Shown here: positions 52,780-64,000 of the stretch, in pieces
How the letters are laid out: each line of letters opens with the position of its first letter
How positions within the stretch are numbered: the stretch's first letter is position 1
Origin: Raillietiella orientalis
Taxonomy: Eukaryota
DNA length: 64,000 nt
Direction: 5' to 3'
NCBI GenBank assembly: GCA_036172245.1
Contig: JAYWIR010000001.1
Coordinates: forward strand, 7,688,001-7,752,000
The notes under the pieces: generated by a model
Seen by the model: only the letters and a program-made list of their open reading frames with translations
Told to the model about the DNA's origin: nothing
Databases searched by the model: none
Position numbers and translations under genes: made by a program

Positions 52780-54050
52780 CCCATCAGCTCATCTTGCTCT
52801 CTCACTGCTCTCTTTGCATAGCCGGAGATGGCTCGCGTCTCATCTAGGAGGCGACTGGCTTCCCCTTGTCCAGCTAGGGGTGCCGTCGGCTTGCTGTAGG
52901 GGAGGAACGTGCTCTGTCAAGTCAGCCTTCCGAGCGCTACCTCCTCCGGGCGATCCCAGAACTCTGTTCCGCCCACTATGAGAGGAAGTAAAGCCCGCTT
53001 AGTCCTGCATTTCGGAGCGATCTCCGGACTCTCCCACTTCCTCCTGCCTCCTCCCGCTTCGCACGCCAGCGCCTGCTTGTTGAACCCCACAGCGCGCTCG
53101 CGGAACCACCGGGAACTCAGCCTTCCCAATATCATCCCAATCCGGGGAAGTAGAAATGGTGCTCCTTGTCCCTACTTGCTCTTCACCCATGAGCTTTGGA
53201 CTGCGTTCCTTTCCTCGGAGCGATCCCGCGAGGTTCCCGCGACCGCGGCTCCCTCCTCCCACTCCTCTTCCGATCCGCAACGCTCCCGGCGTTCCTCCTT
53301 TCCTGCCAGACGGTCGTCGTCCCAGGTCGCTTTCCGGGCCCTTCGTGGGAAGGAGTGTCCTCCGGAGAATGCGCTTCCAGCGAGCGCAGCCCTCCGCCCA
53401 TCGCACGAGCGCCCTGCTTCCTTGAGCCAACCGCTTCCGGGAAGAGCAGCGGACCGGACCTCGCCTCCGTCGGCGCTCCGTTCGGCCCTGCTCCTGGATG
53501 CAGGAGGAGGGAAGCGGAGATGGGGCAACCGGGGCGTTCGAGACGTTTCCCACACAGACGCAACCGCCACCTTCTGAAAGCTGCTGCTGCTGCCGCCGCC
53601 TCTGCCACCCATCGATAGCATCGCCCCCTGCGCCGCCTTCCGTTCGAGTCCATCACTCTCTGGACTCCCCCCACTTGAGCAGCAGAGTTGGCCGGATGGG
53701 GCCTGCGAGTGCGCGTAGCGTTCCCGACTGCTGACGTCGCTCCAGGGTTGCCACCCGCGTGCACACCCAGGACTGCCGCTGTCGTCGTCATCGACCGGAG
53801 TGATGATCTATGACGGCTCCCTACGAGACGCAGGTGAATCGGAAGGAGATGCGAGCTGGACCTCGATCAGAGAGCTCTTCGCCTCTCTCGCTTCTTCCAA
53901 GCTTGTGGGGTCCTCTCCTCCTACCGGGGAAAGAAACGATTCTTTCCGGAGCTCTTTGCCACGTTCCCTCTTTCGTCAGCAGCGCAACTGGGCACTCCCT
54001 CTGTCTCCCATCACGAATCTGACGATTCGGATGCCCAGACACTGAGGTTT
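52780..54050 (+). mobile_element. Decayed Transib/RAG1-core-like transposase relic (copy E)
   Basis: Ordered remnants AGDGS (~52820), PRTLFRPL (~52955-52978), SPMSFGLRSF (~53183-53212), EGSGDGATG (~53510), GERNDSFR (~53925). Many frameshifts. Confidence 0.45.
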
Positions 54051-54700
54051 GACACCCGGTTGCGCCGGGGCGTTTACTTACATAAAATAAACATAGATGT
54101 CGGTGGCAGGACGCATGGTTCCACCACGTCACAAGTGCAACAATGGGAGCCTGCCGAGAACCGGAGCGCAGGCCGGCGAGGTTGGCCTCGGCAGAAGAGG
54201 GGTGGAGGGGGGCAAGCAAGAAGAAAAAGAAAACAAAACAAAAACTGCAAAAAACTGGAAACGTTCGGGAAGGGATCACCGGTAGCTGAAGCGAGTCCTC
54301 TGTATCCTTTGCAGGATGCCGGCAAGTTCCTGTTTGAAGGCTCCCAGGTGGGGCTATCTTGACGCTGTCCTGGTGAAGAGGACAGCAAAGTAGATGGATA
54401 ATATAACAAAGATAATGTCGTCCCTATCGTTGCTCCATACGGCCGCGATCCCACGTAGGCTGCACAGTGCTGCTAGGGATGCGGCATACAGGCGTGAGGG
54501 CGTCGCGCAGGAGGAAACGGGGGGGGGGGGGAGCGCTTTAAAACGTCTCGGGGGTTGCCTTCGAGGATCCGCAGGGATGCGGAAAAGCGTTCCCACAAAA
54601 GATGGAGGACAGCACAACCCATGAGCGGGTGCGGGAGGGACTCTTCCTCAGAATATGCTGCAGTTAGGACTCCCTATCACCCCAGGCACTGAGGTTGCAG

Positions 54701-54741
54701 CAGAAATCAAACTACCACCTCCCGGTGGTAGTTTGATTCTG
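54701..54741. other. Near-perfect hairpin (stem AATCAAACTACCACC/GGTGGTAGTTTGATT, 4-nt loop)
   Basis: CAGAAATCAAACTACCACC-TCCC-GGTGGTAGTTTGATTCTG: 15 perfect pairs, extendable to 18 with a 1-nt bulge. Confidence 0.9.
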
Positions 54742-55619
54742 GCAAGGAAGGCTCCCGGATGGGTTCGCTACAGCAAAGACCACCCTTAACGCTCCACCAA
54801 GCACTGCCGCCTGTCGTCGGAGAGCTGCCGATGCTTCGCACGACCGTGGTGCCGAAGGGCGTGAACGTAGCAATCTAGCACCCCACTATGGATCTCAACC
54901 TCTTTTGCTCCTATTTAATGGGCTCCCTAATTCCCTTTGGAGGATCGTTGTTTGGTTCCTTACCACCCAGGTTCCTTCCCTCAAGGAAACAAGTCTGTCT
55001 CCTCCGTTCCCACGTCGCGGAGCACCCTTGGCGGACTCCGTAGACCTCAGAATCGGTGGACCCCCAGGAGGACTCCCTGGCTCTTCTCCTTCATTTCTTC
55101 TCCCCCTTTTTCCTCCTCATTCCACTTCTCTCTTTTTGACCGCTCGACTTTGGTGTCACCCATCAGACCCGGCGCGCGTCCCTGAGATGCGCCTCGAGAC
55201 TTTTGGAAAACATGGAGGGAGCGCCTCCGTTTCCAGGGAGAATTTCTCGGCTTTGGGATTCAGGGGAGTGCTCCATGGTCTCCTGATGTCCTCGAGGGGG
55301 TCTCTCGGGTTCCACTGCGCGGAGCGGGAGGCATCAGCATCACTCCAGGAGCGGGCGGAGGGCAGTAGAAGTGGAGACCGTGGAGTCTGGCGCTGAGTCC
55401 GGAAGGGAAGTAGGAGCTGCTTCCTCCTCTTGCTCCTCTTTTCCGCCATTCTTCCTGTTCGTCTCCGGGAGACGTTCCTTGAGTGATGGAAACCTCCGCC
55501 TTTTCGGTCCAGCTGAAAGGAGAACACTGCACGCTGCACTGCCTGCTGCTAGGAAGAAGAGGGGAAGTTCTCAGGAGAGGACGTTAGCTCCTCCCGCTCC
55601 ACTCGTTCAATCCTAGCAA

Positions 55620-57350
55620 CAAGGGAGGATCTCTGCAGCTTCCGCCTTCCCCTTCCTTCTTACGTAGGACAGCATGCAAAGAGAGGATAGGATAAAGGAG
55701 GAAGATGAGGAAGAAGCTGAAAGGTCTGTCTTTCCTTGCCCTGCTTCAAGCTGATACTTCGGTCGCAGTTTTCCGTCTCGAGGGGAAGTTGCGACCGGGT
55801 CCTTCTGGAAGAGGCACCCCAAAACCGCGAGGCCCAGGGGAAATGCCCAGGGGGATTAGCGGATCGCAGAATGCTCGCAGACCTCAGGAGACCGAGGGCA
55901 CTCTGAGGTTCCAAAGAAACCCCAGACCACACGGGGCGGTATCTAGGGCTGCCTACCTCTGCCACCTTTGAGAAGGCAGTCCGCAAAGATCTGAAGCGCC
56001 GGCACCAGGAGCAAGCAAGAGGCCTCGAGCATCCGGAGACCTTCTTCCCATTTCTACTCCCCCTCCTCACCCCGAAGGTAAGGCTGATCTTTCGCCGAGG
56101 ACCTCTATGTCCGTTCAGGTGGCACCTGGATGTTCACTCGTACACTCCGCAACATACTGTGAAGGTGGGACATTGCTTCTCCTTTCGTTTGGACAGACAC
56201 CTGGATCCACCTGGGTAAAGTCCGTGGCCTCCTGCTGCTGTCTTTGCATCATTTCTGAACGGGGAACAAGTGTGGAGGAGAAAGAGTTGCAGAGGCGTCG
56301 TCGCGGAAGAGTGCGCCGACGCCTTAAGAGCTTCAGGGAGGCTCCCCGAGTTTCCCACGGAGGAAAGCGGAGGAAAAAGCAAATGCCTTCTTGTCTGTAT
56401 CCCTGGCCCTAGTAGATCGATTTTCCTTCCCTTCGCCCTGGGGACTCGTCTGCTGACGTGGAATGCTGGCCAATGCGTGCTTCTCAGAGCTCCGGAGGCA
56501 GCAGGAAGCAGAGTTCATCGGCTGGTCGGAGTGCCGGGGCGCTTCCAGGAGGAAGAACGAACTCCTTGCCTCTTCGGCGTCACAGGTGTTCCGGCGCTGC
56601 GCGTCGTTGGAATCGCTGATCCTGGAAGGGAAAGGGCAGCATCGGGATGCGAGCACGAGGGAAGGAAGGGAAGGGCAGGAGGCACAAATGAGCAGCATTT
56701 GGTGTAAGATCGCTCGTCTGTCAGTTCACCAAAAATGTGAGCCCTTTGTTAGGGGATACAGTGGACTTTTCAGGGGACTTGCGTTCCATCAATATGGGGG
56801 AGGGGAACGCATGCTGCTTGCGTTTCTTCCTTCGCCGTTTTCCGATGCTCCATTTCAGCTGTCTCCTTCGAGCCGAAGGATTTTCTGAGTCCTCGTGAGT
56901 GTAGTTGTCATGGATCAAAGGCGGGAGAATGATCTGGGGTACTGAGGCTGAGACTGTCCTTCCCCTTCTCCTTTAGGTTAGCAACCTATCTTCGGTTGGG
57001 AGGTTTCTGCATCCCAACCATCTGTGCTCCATACCGCGAACGGAATGGATGGTGACGGCAGGCATTGGTGAGCATAGCTCGCTTTCGACGAGATGATGAA
57101 ACCAGGTGAAAACTCTGGCTGCAGAAGGCCGTCGAAGTCGCTGGTCCAGTGGCATGGAACGATGATCCCGATGAGAATCTTTTATTAGCTGTGAGTCTTC
57201 GAATAGATCAATCATTCTGATGCCCTTGCTGGAGGAATTCACTTGGCAAACCCCGGGTCAGTTTCGCAAGCTGATCGTGCCCTGCGGTCAGAGGAGAACC
57301 GCAGCGTGTTCCTGTCTCCGACAAAATCGACTTCGACATGGGAGGGAATG
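55620..57350 (-). mobile_element. Decayed Transib/RAG1-core-like transposase relic (copy A)
   Basis: GCRNLPTEDRLL, QIILPPLI...RQLKWSIG, QPMNSASCCLRSSEK, GYRQEG, SLRTAFSK, RARKD and CRDP occur in Transib order. Shares a ~95-bp high-identity block with copy B. Confidence 0.6.
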
Positions 57351-58149
57351 CACGTGTGTGTGTGTGTATGAGAGAGAGAGAGAAAGACCAAAGACCAAAC
57401 TGCATCGAGATGCGTTGGAGAACAAGAGAGGTGCAGCGAGGTAGACAAAAAACCCGCAGGGGTTCTTGCATACGCCGCTGACAGGAAGTAAAGACACATG
57501 ACTAACGATGGCCAGTGTGAAGGGACTTGAAAAGTTGGTTGGTGTCTGACTCTCTGGCATCTCTGGCGAGGAAGGAAGGGAAAGGGGTGCCTTCAGCAAG
57601 CGGGAAAGTCCTGAGTGCTTCTGATTCCCGAAACCATGATGCTTTTTGATCTGGGAGTGAAGTCCTCTGCCGCACATCCGCAACCTTGTTTTTGTTTTTT
57701 GTACACCTAAGAGTGTGTCCAACTCTCCGAGACCTACAAATCTGCTGCTTCCAGAAAAGGAGGAACCCATTAAAGGTGGATTGCTCATGGAACTACGTTC
57801 GTTCTAAGCGTTCCTCCATTCACGAGGGTTGCGCCGAGCCCACGTGCTGGCCAACGCAATGGAACCGCTGCCTTCTGGAAAGCTGGGCCCAAACGTCTTC
57901 CATGGCAGGACACCGGGGAACCAAAGATCAGGCAGGACTGGAGCAAAACATTCGACAATTTCGGAAACTCCGAACATGGCTGATTTCTTGCAAGAGGGAG
58001 GAGGAGAAGTAGGATGAGGAGTGGGAGGAGACTTTACAGGAATCCGAAGGTCCTGCTGACGAAATCTAACGGTGCCGTGGGAGTGCGAACCTTCCTCTGT
58101 GAAAGGAAACGACTTGGATTTGTCTTGGAAAAGAGATCCCTTGCAACTC

Positions 58150-60340
58150 TTCCAGTCCGACATAAGATCATCCAACCTTCAGTGGCTTTCCATTTCGTGC
58201 CTTCCCGCCTTTTACACCGGACTTCTGTTTTGCAGGATGTGCGCGATGGCTGCGGCTCCACCTTGTGTTGCCTTCAACAGGAATCTTCCGGAAGCAGCCC
58301 TTTCTCGTATGTCTTTCAGGAGCGATAGTTTGCGTGGAAACACGGAGGCTGGTTCACATCTTTCGAGAGAGCTCCTTTCACTGGAGGAAACAGTTTCCAG
58401 ACGTGAGGAGGTATCGCAGTCACGGCACCACGGAAGTCACGACGATGGGGGAAGCCATAAAGAGGAGGAAACACGGGGGTGCGCGCTTGAGCGTGGATAC
58501 CCCAGAAGCGAGAGTGTGCAGCCTGCGAAGACATGAAAGGACTGGAACGCATCAGAGGCACGATGATATCCGAGAAGCGGTGACGAGGTGAAGACAAATG
58601 GTGCGGCTGCCCCAAAGCTCCCATCGCTGATTCTTTCGTACTATCCGGGGTGCCACCTGTGCACGACTCGGAGAGAATACTCAATTGTCAACAACAACGG
58701 CAAAAAAAAAGAAAAAAAAAAATACTGAAAGACCTACAAAATCGAGAGTGATTCCGAATCGGAAGGGCATCCTTTATGCAGTACCCTCTCCCCTTTGCTA
58801 TGTCTTTCTGGTAGGCAGATCGCAAGAGGCACTCTTTCGGAGCGTTCATTGAGCTTTTCAGTCAGTAAGTGCAACGTTTCTCTGCATTGCAGAGCAAGTG
58901 CTGATCAGCTCGAGGGCGAGGAGTCCTCTTTGGGCAAGATTCGTGGGGATCGAGTAAACACGCAGAGGGCGTTATGGGGAAAGTGTGTCAGAAGTGTGGA
59001 TATTGGGCAACGACTTCTACGGCATCTGGATAGCGTATTCCTAGAAGTGTCGTGTGGGATCCAAGTTCTCTCCGAGACTGCACCCATCCTCTCCGTTCAG
59101 CCACCTCTAATGAAAGAGGAGATCCAGCGCGTCGCAAGGAGCGTGCATGCTTTTCCTTTTCTGGAGTCGGGACGCTGTCTCCCGCAAGTGCACCGCTTGG
59201 TTCCTGTGCCGGGCTCAAGTTTCTGGCCTGGTTCTTCCAGATAATCGACCGATCTGTCCTTGAGCCTCCTCCTCTCCATCACGGGATGATCTTCGGCAAA
59301 GGCGAAGCGCAGGGGACGTGTGTTCCGCCAATACGGGGGGTGGGTGGGGGGGGAACGCAAGCTGTTTGCTTTTCCCCCCCGTATGATCCAATGTTCGTTG
59401 GAAGTTCGTTCCCCGATGCTCCATTTCAGCTGCCTCCTTCGAGCCGAAGGATCTGCTAAGTCCTCATAAGTATACTTGTCTTGGATCAAGGGCGGGAGAA
59501 TGATCTGAGACATTGCGGCTGAGGGTTGTCCTACTCCTCACCGTCAGCCACCTCGTCTTGTCACTGGTTCCCGCCATCCGGTAATCCCTCGATGGAAATC
59601 ACGACCGTACCCTGCTTGAGAGGGGTACGTGCATTCAAGAGATTTAGGATCACAAGGAGAATTGCGAAGGAAAGGGATGGGGGATTTTTCACAGTTTCTT
59701 ACCCTTTCCTCGATTCGCTCAGCTCCCTCGTTGTCAGCTCAGGGCTGATACACGGCTCTGCTTCTTCGTCGAGGAGAGACTGGGTCCACAGTCGGATTCG
59801 AATCTACAGCCGTTGGCATGGCGCCGGGAGTTTCTCTCCACGGCTTTATCCGGACTTGCTGTGGCATTGTCGTCGTAAGAGTATTGACATCCTTTATGGA
59901 CCCGACTATTCGGAAGGAGTCCAAGCCGTTGTGCTCCTAGTGGATGTCCTGGCTGTACTGGGTGCAGGGCGATGCCATTGACTTGTCAGGATGATTCAAG
60001 TGCGTTTCCAAGATATCAAGCACTTGGAGAGCGTCGTCGTTTTTGGGGTGCCGGGATCCCAATCCCCCCACGAGGATTACGCGAGCTGATGCTCGGGTTC
60101 CTGAGAGCGGAAGGGAGAGCGCGCGCAGTTCCAGCGTTTGTCCCTTTTCATTAGCGCCCCAACGAGGACAATGCACTTTCGAGTGGGCAGACGTGTCCAG
60201 TGTAAGGACGACCTAATCTCGTCCTTTTTAGGGTGAAGTTAGCAGGGGTACCGCTCTGGCAGGAGTCTGGCCAGGGTCTTCTATAGTTCAGTTCCTTCTT
60301 CCTGTCAAATCTGAGCAGTCGGTACAAGTACCAGTACAAG
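58150..60340 (-). mobile_element. Decayed Transib/RAG1-core-like transposase relic (copy B, best preserved)
   Basis: LGRPY...LSSLGR (~60160-60216), RQLKWSIG, NTRPLRFAFAEDHPVMERRRLKDRSVDYL (~59240-59325), GKACTLL, SRCPI, ECLLRSAYQKDI (58799-58834), GGTPDSTKESAMGAL, AIPPHVWKL, GLLPED (58283-58300) and HRAHPAK match the Transib consensus order as I recall it. Confidence 0.72.
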
Positions 60341-60699
60341 TACTAGTTCCCTCACTGGACAAAATCTCTGTTTCCAGAACCTTCGGAGTCTGGAGGCGAA
60401 GGAGATCTTTACCTGCTCCTCCACGAGAGTTCTCGTCAAGCTGCGGACTGCGGCCGCAGGAACACCAGGAAGCGCTTCGCCGTCAACACGAAACAGCAGA
60501 GGTCATGCACCAGGTTCAGAGTGCAGCTGATGAAGGCCTCCATTTCTGCGGGATCCTCCAAGGTTAGGAAAGGAGAAAGTTCTCCATCCTCAGCGGTAGC
60601 ACTTCCTGAATCTGCGTGTCCACCGCCTCCTTGATGCCCTTCTCGATGTGGGAACACCAGACTTCCCGCCTCGATGAAACGAAAGGAGCTCGTCAGAAG

Positions 60700-62240
60700 C
60701 GGCCCGGTTGCCATGCGCGTCCGTTGTTGAGTCATCCCTCTTGCTGGAACATGGGACACCGGGTGACTCTCGAGCAGGGAAGCAAAGGGGGACTGCAGAG
60801 GCGGCGGCAGGTGCAATCCCTTTGCTCAGGAGGTACCCGGAGAGAGACTCCTGCCTGTCCCGAATGAACAGGAAAAGCAAGGGGCGAAGCACGGGTTGGG
60901 CTACCAGCCGGCATGCAGTGATCCTCGTGAGACCGCTGCTTCTAGTAGAGGACGGAACGGAGAAGATAGACAGATGGCGAAGAGGGCAGAGAATCCCATG
61001 GTCACTGGTGGAACCCCTCCGGCCTATCGCTCGCAAAGCGCAAGCGTGAATTAACTTTTTTTAGCGCGCCATCTTGGATCCAGTGAGTGAGCTGGAGGGA
61101 TGAGTAGCCCGAGCCGAGTCTGACGCGGTTCTCTTCTCCCAGGACCGAATGGCACTTCCCACTCCACAGCGGAGAAGTTATTTGCTGAAGGGATCTCCTC
61201 GTTGTGGGCGGATTGTACTCCCTGAAATCCCTGCGGGGGTTCGCTTGCGGCCCCCTTGGGAATTTGACCGGCCATGAGCTTCGTGCGGAAAGAGATCAAA
61301 TGGCATTTCTGAGCCCTGAGATCCGTCCAGGTCCACCAGATGGTTGCCTCTTCGGTAGCGCTTCCTCCAAAGCGAAGACTGCTGTGTGCTTTCTCTGCTT
61401 CGATTAAATGCGACGGCGGTCAGGGACGGCCCGTCGCCTCGCTTTGTCCGCGGCTGGGAACTGCCTGCTTTCCTTCGATGCTGGTGGAGGACCGGTTACC
61501 ACGATGGGGCGCACAAGAGTATGCATGTGTGTGTCCGTGTGGGAGAATGTTTCTCGCGATGGAGATGGCGGTGTTTGCACCCTCAGCCTTCCGCGGACGG
61601 TCTAGCAAGGAAGAGGGGGAAGTAGAGAAGTAGCCGACAGCAGCATTGACCGTCCGTCGGTCGGTCTCGCCGTGAGGCACACGCTAAGGGAGGGTTCAAA
61701 GTTTCGAAAATCCCTTGCACGACCTGCTGCGCCATCCGGCGCGTGAAACGATAGCTGATCGCCACCGAACAGAGAGTTAAGGAGGGAGGGAGCGGGTGAC
61801 CATGGGAACCTGTCGCAACACTTCTAGAAGAAGAGGCGTGCTTCGTGTGCGTGAGAACGACGAAGATAGAAGAGAGATGAGGCGAGAAGCGAAAGTGTAT
61901 CCGAAGAACCCGGGTGTCCGGCGCTGCTTGACGTACGGGCGTAATTTCGGCCGATCTTTCGAAATCTCTCCGGGAAAGAGGAGAGTCGTCTTGCCGTGGG
62001 TGCATCTTGCTGCCGAGGAAATTGCGTAACGGAAAAGAACAAGGAAGAAAAACGAGGGAAGCTGGATACCCAGGAGCGATGTCGGATGTCGGAGGAGGAC
62101 CGAAGGAAGTTCCTTCCCGCCGGCGTTGCGGCGAAGAGCGGCTGAAGCGGGAGAGCACTGATCTTTCTGGCACACTATGCTCCCCATTCCCTGCTAATTT
62201 GGGAGTCCCCGATCCATTCATTTCTCCGACAATCCCCGCG
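60700..62240 (+). mobile_element. Decayed Transib/RAG1-core-like transposase relic (copy C)
   Basis: VILVRPLLL...W...PWSLVEPLRPI (~60918-61028), SFENPLH, GGSG/DHGNLSQHF (~61785-61824), LPWVHL, RMSEED (62083-62100), PDPFIS (62208-62225). Confidence 0.68.
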
Positions 62241-63199
62241 GAGAAAGGCAGAAGAGGGTGGGGATGGGGAAAGACAAGGGAAGCTGCTTGGTACTGCAGA
62301 TTGGCGCTGCTGCCGCTCTTTCGCTGATTCGTAGCGGATCTTCGGAGAAACGGAAGACCTGAACCCGGAGATGCCGGGTGCAAATGGGGAAGGAAGGAGA
62401 CTGTCGGGGATTGGAGCACCTCCGGGGGGAAGAAGGGAGGGTAGTCGGAAGACCCGTCATCGTTTGGTCCTCCTCGGAGATCTCAGACACCAGAAGGACG
62501 CTATGGGGGAAGTCTGTCGCCTCCAATGCTCCCCCCCCAGCGCGTCCTTAGTTTTCAGAAGTCTTGGATGATGCGTCCGCACCGACACGGAAGCAAACTG
62601 ATGGGAAGAGAATATCACCATGCCTGGGGGACGGGGCAACGCCTTTCTGTGCGGTGAGTTTCGCTGTTAGCGCTGCGCTCGCCGGAAATCCCCTAAGAGG
62701 GAGAGGGGGGTGACTATTTCAGCCGGGACGTGAGAGTCCATCGTGGCCTTGACTTCCCACCGCGAACAATGGGCCACGTTCCCATTCTCCGCTCCAGCAC
62801 GCGGATGCGAGCGTTTCTCTTGCAAGTCGGCCAAGGGGTCCATTATCAGATAGGAACCGGATGCCTATTGGTCTTCCTTTCTCGAGGAGGGATCCCTACT
62901 TCGTCTTAATACTCCACCCCTCTCCCCTCCTCTTGGAGTGAATGGGGAGCCAACCAGGAGCTGTCATTAGTGAGCGCGCTCACGGTTTCCCTGGAAACCA
63001 TCCATTCTGCCCCTAAAGGTGCTGGAAACTTGAATAGACCCTGGAAGAAATTCTATCGGCCATTCCCTCTCCTCCCTCCCCTCCTCCAGTCCGAACAATA
63101 ACCCTGTTTGCTCCGGAAGGCGCAGACAGGGTGCGGGGATTCCCGATCTGCGCGGAATGGGAAGGTTTCCATCCACTAAATCACATCCCTCTCCTTTTC

Positions 63200-64000
63200 T
63201 TGAGCGTCCTGCTCGGTAGGAGTCTTCGACAAGCGAGCGGTGAAGTTGGTGCGTCTTCGCGGAGCTCCCCCTTTTCGATTGAGGCACAAAGGGAGCCGCC
63301 CAGAGGGTCCCTCGTTCCTTCCATGCTGGGTGTGCCCTCCAAGAGCGCTTCACAGCTCCAGACTCGGCAGCACCGGGGCGCGGAAAACTGGGCGACTCCA
63401 TCTTTTGGAGGTTGAGAAAACAAAGGCACTGGCTTTGAGACGTTGCTTGCCGGGAGTGGTCTATTTGCGACGGCAGATTTGGTTTCCCGGTTCTCCCCCA
63501 TTTGGCACCGGAAGTAGCACGCACAGGTTTTTTCGCGCTCGCGACGCCAGTGTGGATATCTGCGTCATGGAAGAGAACCTCGTTCTGGAACGAGGAAGAG
63601 GAAAGCGCTTGCATCTCTGCTTAGATAGCGCTGGCACGATCTTGCGTTCGGTTCATCCCGCGCGGATCTCAGGTGAAAGCGTTCTGCTTTCTGCACGCCT
63701 ACTATCAGAGGAACAGCGGAGCTTTTTTTTTCTCTTCGGAGATGGCTGCTGCCGAGCGGCGATCTACCCAAAGAGAAGCGAGAAACAAACAAAACAACAA
63801 CAACATCGACGCTGAAATCGCGAGGAGATCCACTCCGAGATCCATGGATGCTGAGTTCACCAAAGAAAGCATTGCTAACACCTTCCTTTCTGAGAGAGGA
63901 TTTCCTGGTCTTCAGCAACGGAAGCATCTCTTCTTGTGCTGCTGCACGCTGCTGCGAACGCAGAACGTCCTCCCAGATGAACCTCCCGGAAAGGAGTTTG
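63200..64000 (+). mobile_element. Decayed, internally deleted Transib-like transposase relic (copy D), probably continuing beyond the window
   Basis: FDKRAVKLV, LPCWVCPP, KTKALALRRCLPGVV...GTGSSTHRFFRARDASVDICVMEENLV (cf. GNTARRFF...ITG.D.ELI) and EIHG. Confidence 0.6.

Noticed and set aside
54463-54469. Perfect RSS heptamer CACAGTG near the Transib relics
   Set aside because: No nonamer at 12- or 23-bp spacing and no partner end. A 7-mer is expected by chance.
45360-54700. Dense overlapping long ORFs (up to 291 aa) on both strands
   Set aside because: Expected from high GC and few stop codons. The R/A/P/G/S-rich translations show no family motif apart from the relics listed.
1-64000. tRNA, rRNA, snRNA genes, CRISPR arrays or prokaryotic systems
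   Set aside because: None recognised by eye. The DNA is intron-containing eukaryotic sequence. A covariance-model scan would be needed to exclude small RNAs.

Overview
Eukaryotic (invertebrate animal-like) genomic DNA in two compositional domains. The AT-rich part (1 to ~41.6 kb) holds five recognisable spliced genes whose introns are mostly tiny (~35-55 nt): GPR89 (+), TMEM192 (-, its stop codon overlaps the GPR89 3' end), POLA2 (+), DPP3 (-) and TADA2B (+). POLA2 spans 14.5 kb, with a 6.4-kb first intron and a 4.8-kb U12-type (minor spliceosome) second intron. This part also contains an orphan GC-rich PLEKHG5-like RhoGEF fragment. From ~41.6 kb to the window end the sequence is GC-rich and I recognise no intact genes there. 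It is a graveyard of heavily frameshifted mobile elements: two L1/Tx1-like LINE relics and about five diverged, decayed Transib/RAG1-core-like DDE transposase copies in both orientations. All calls come from manual translation and remembered family motifs. No searches were run, and the organism cannot be identified with confidence.
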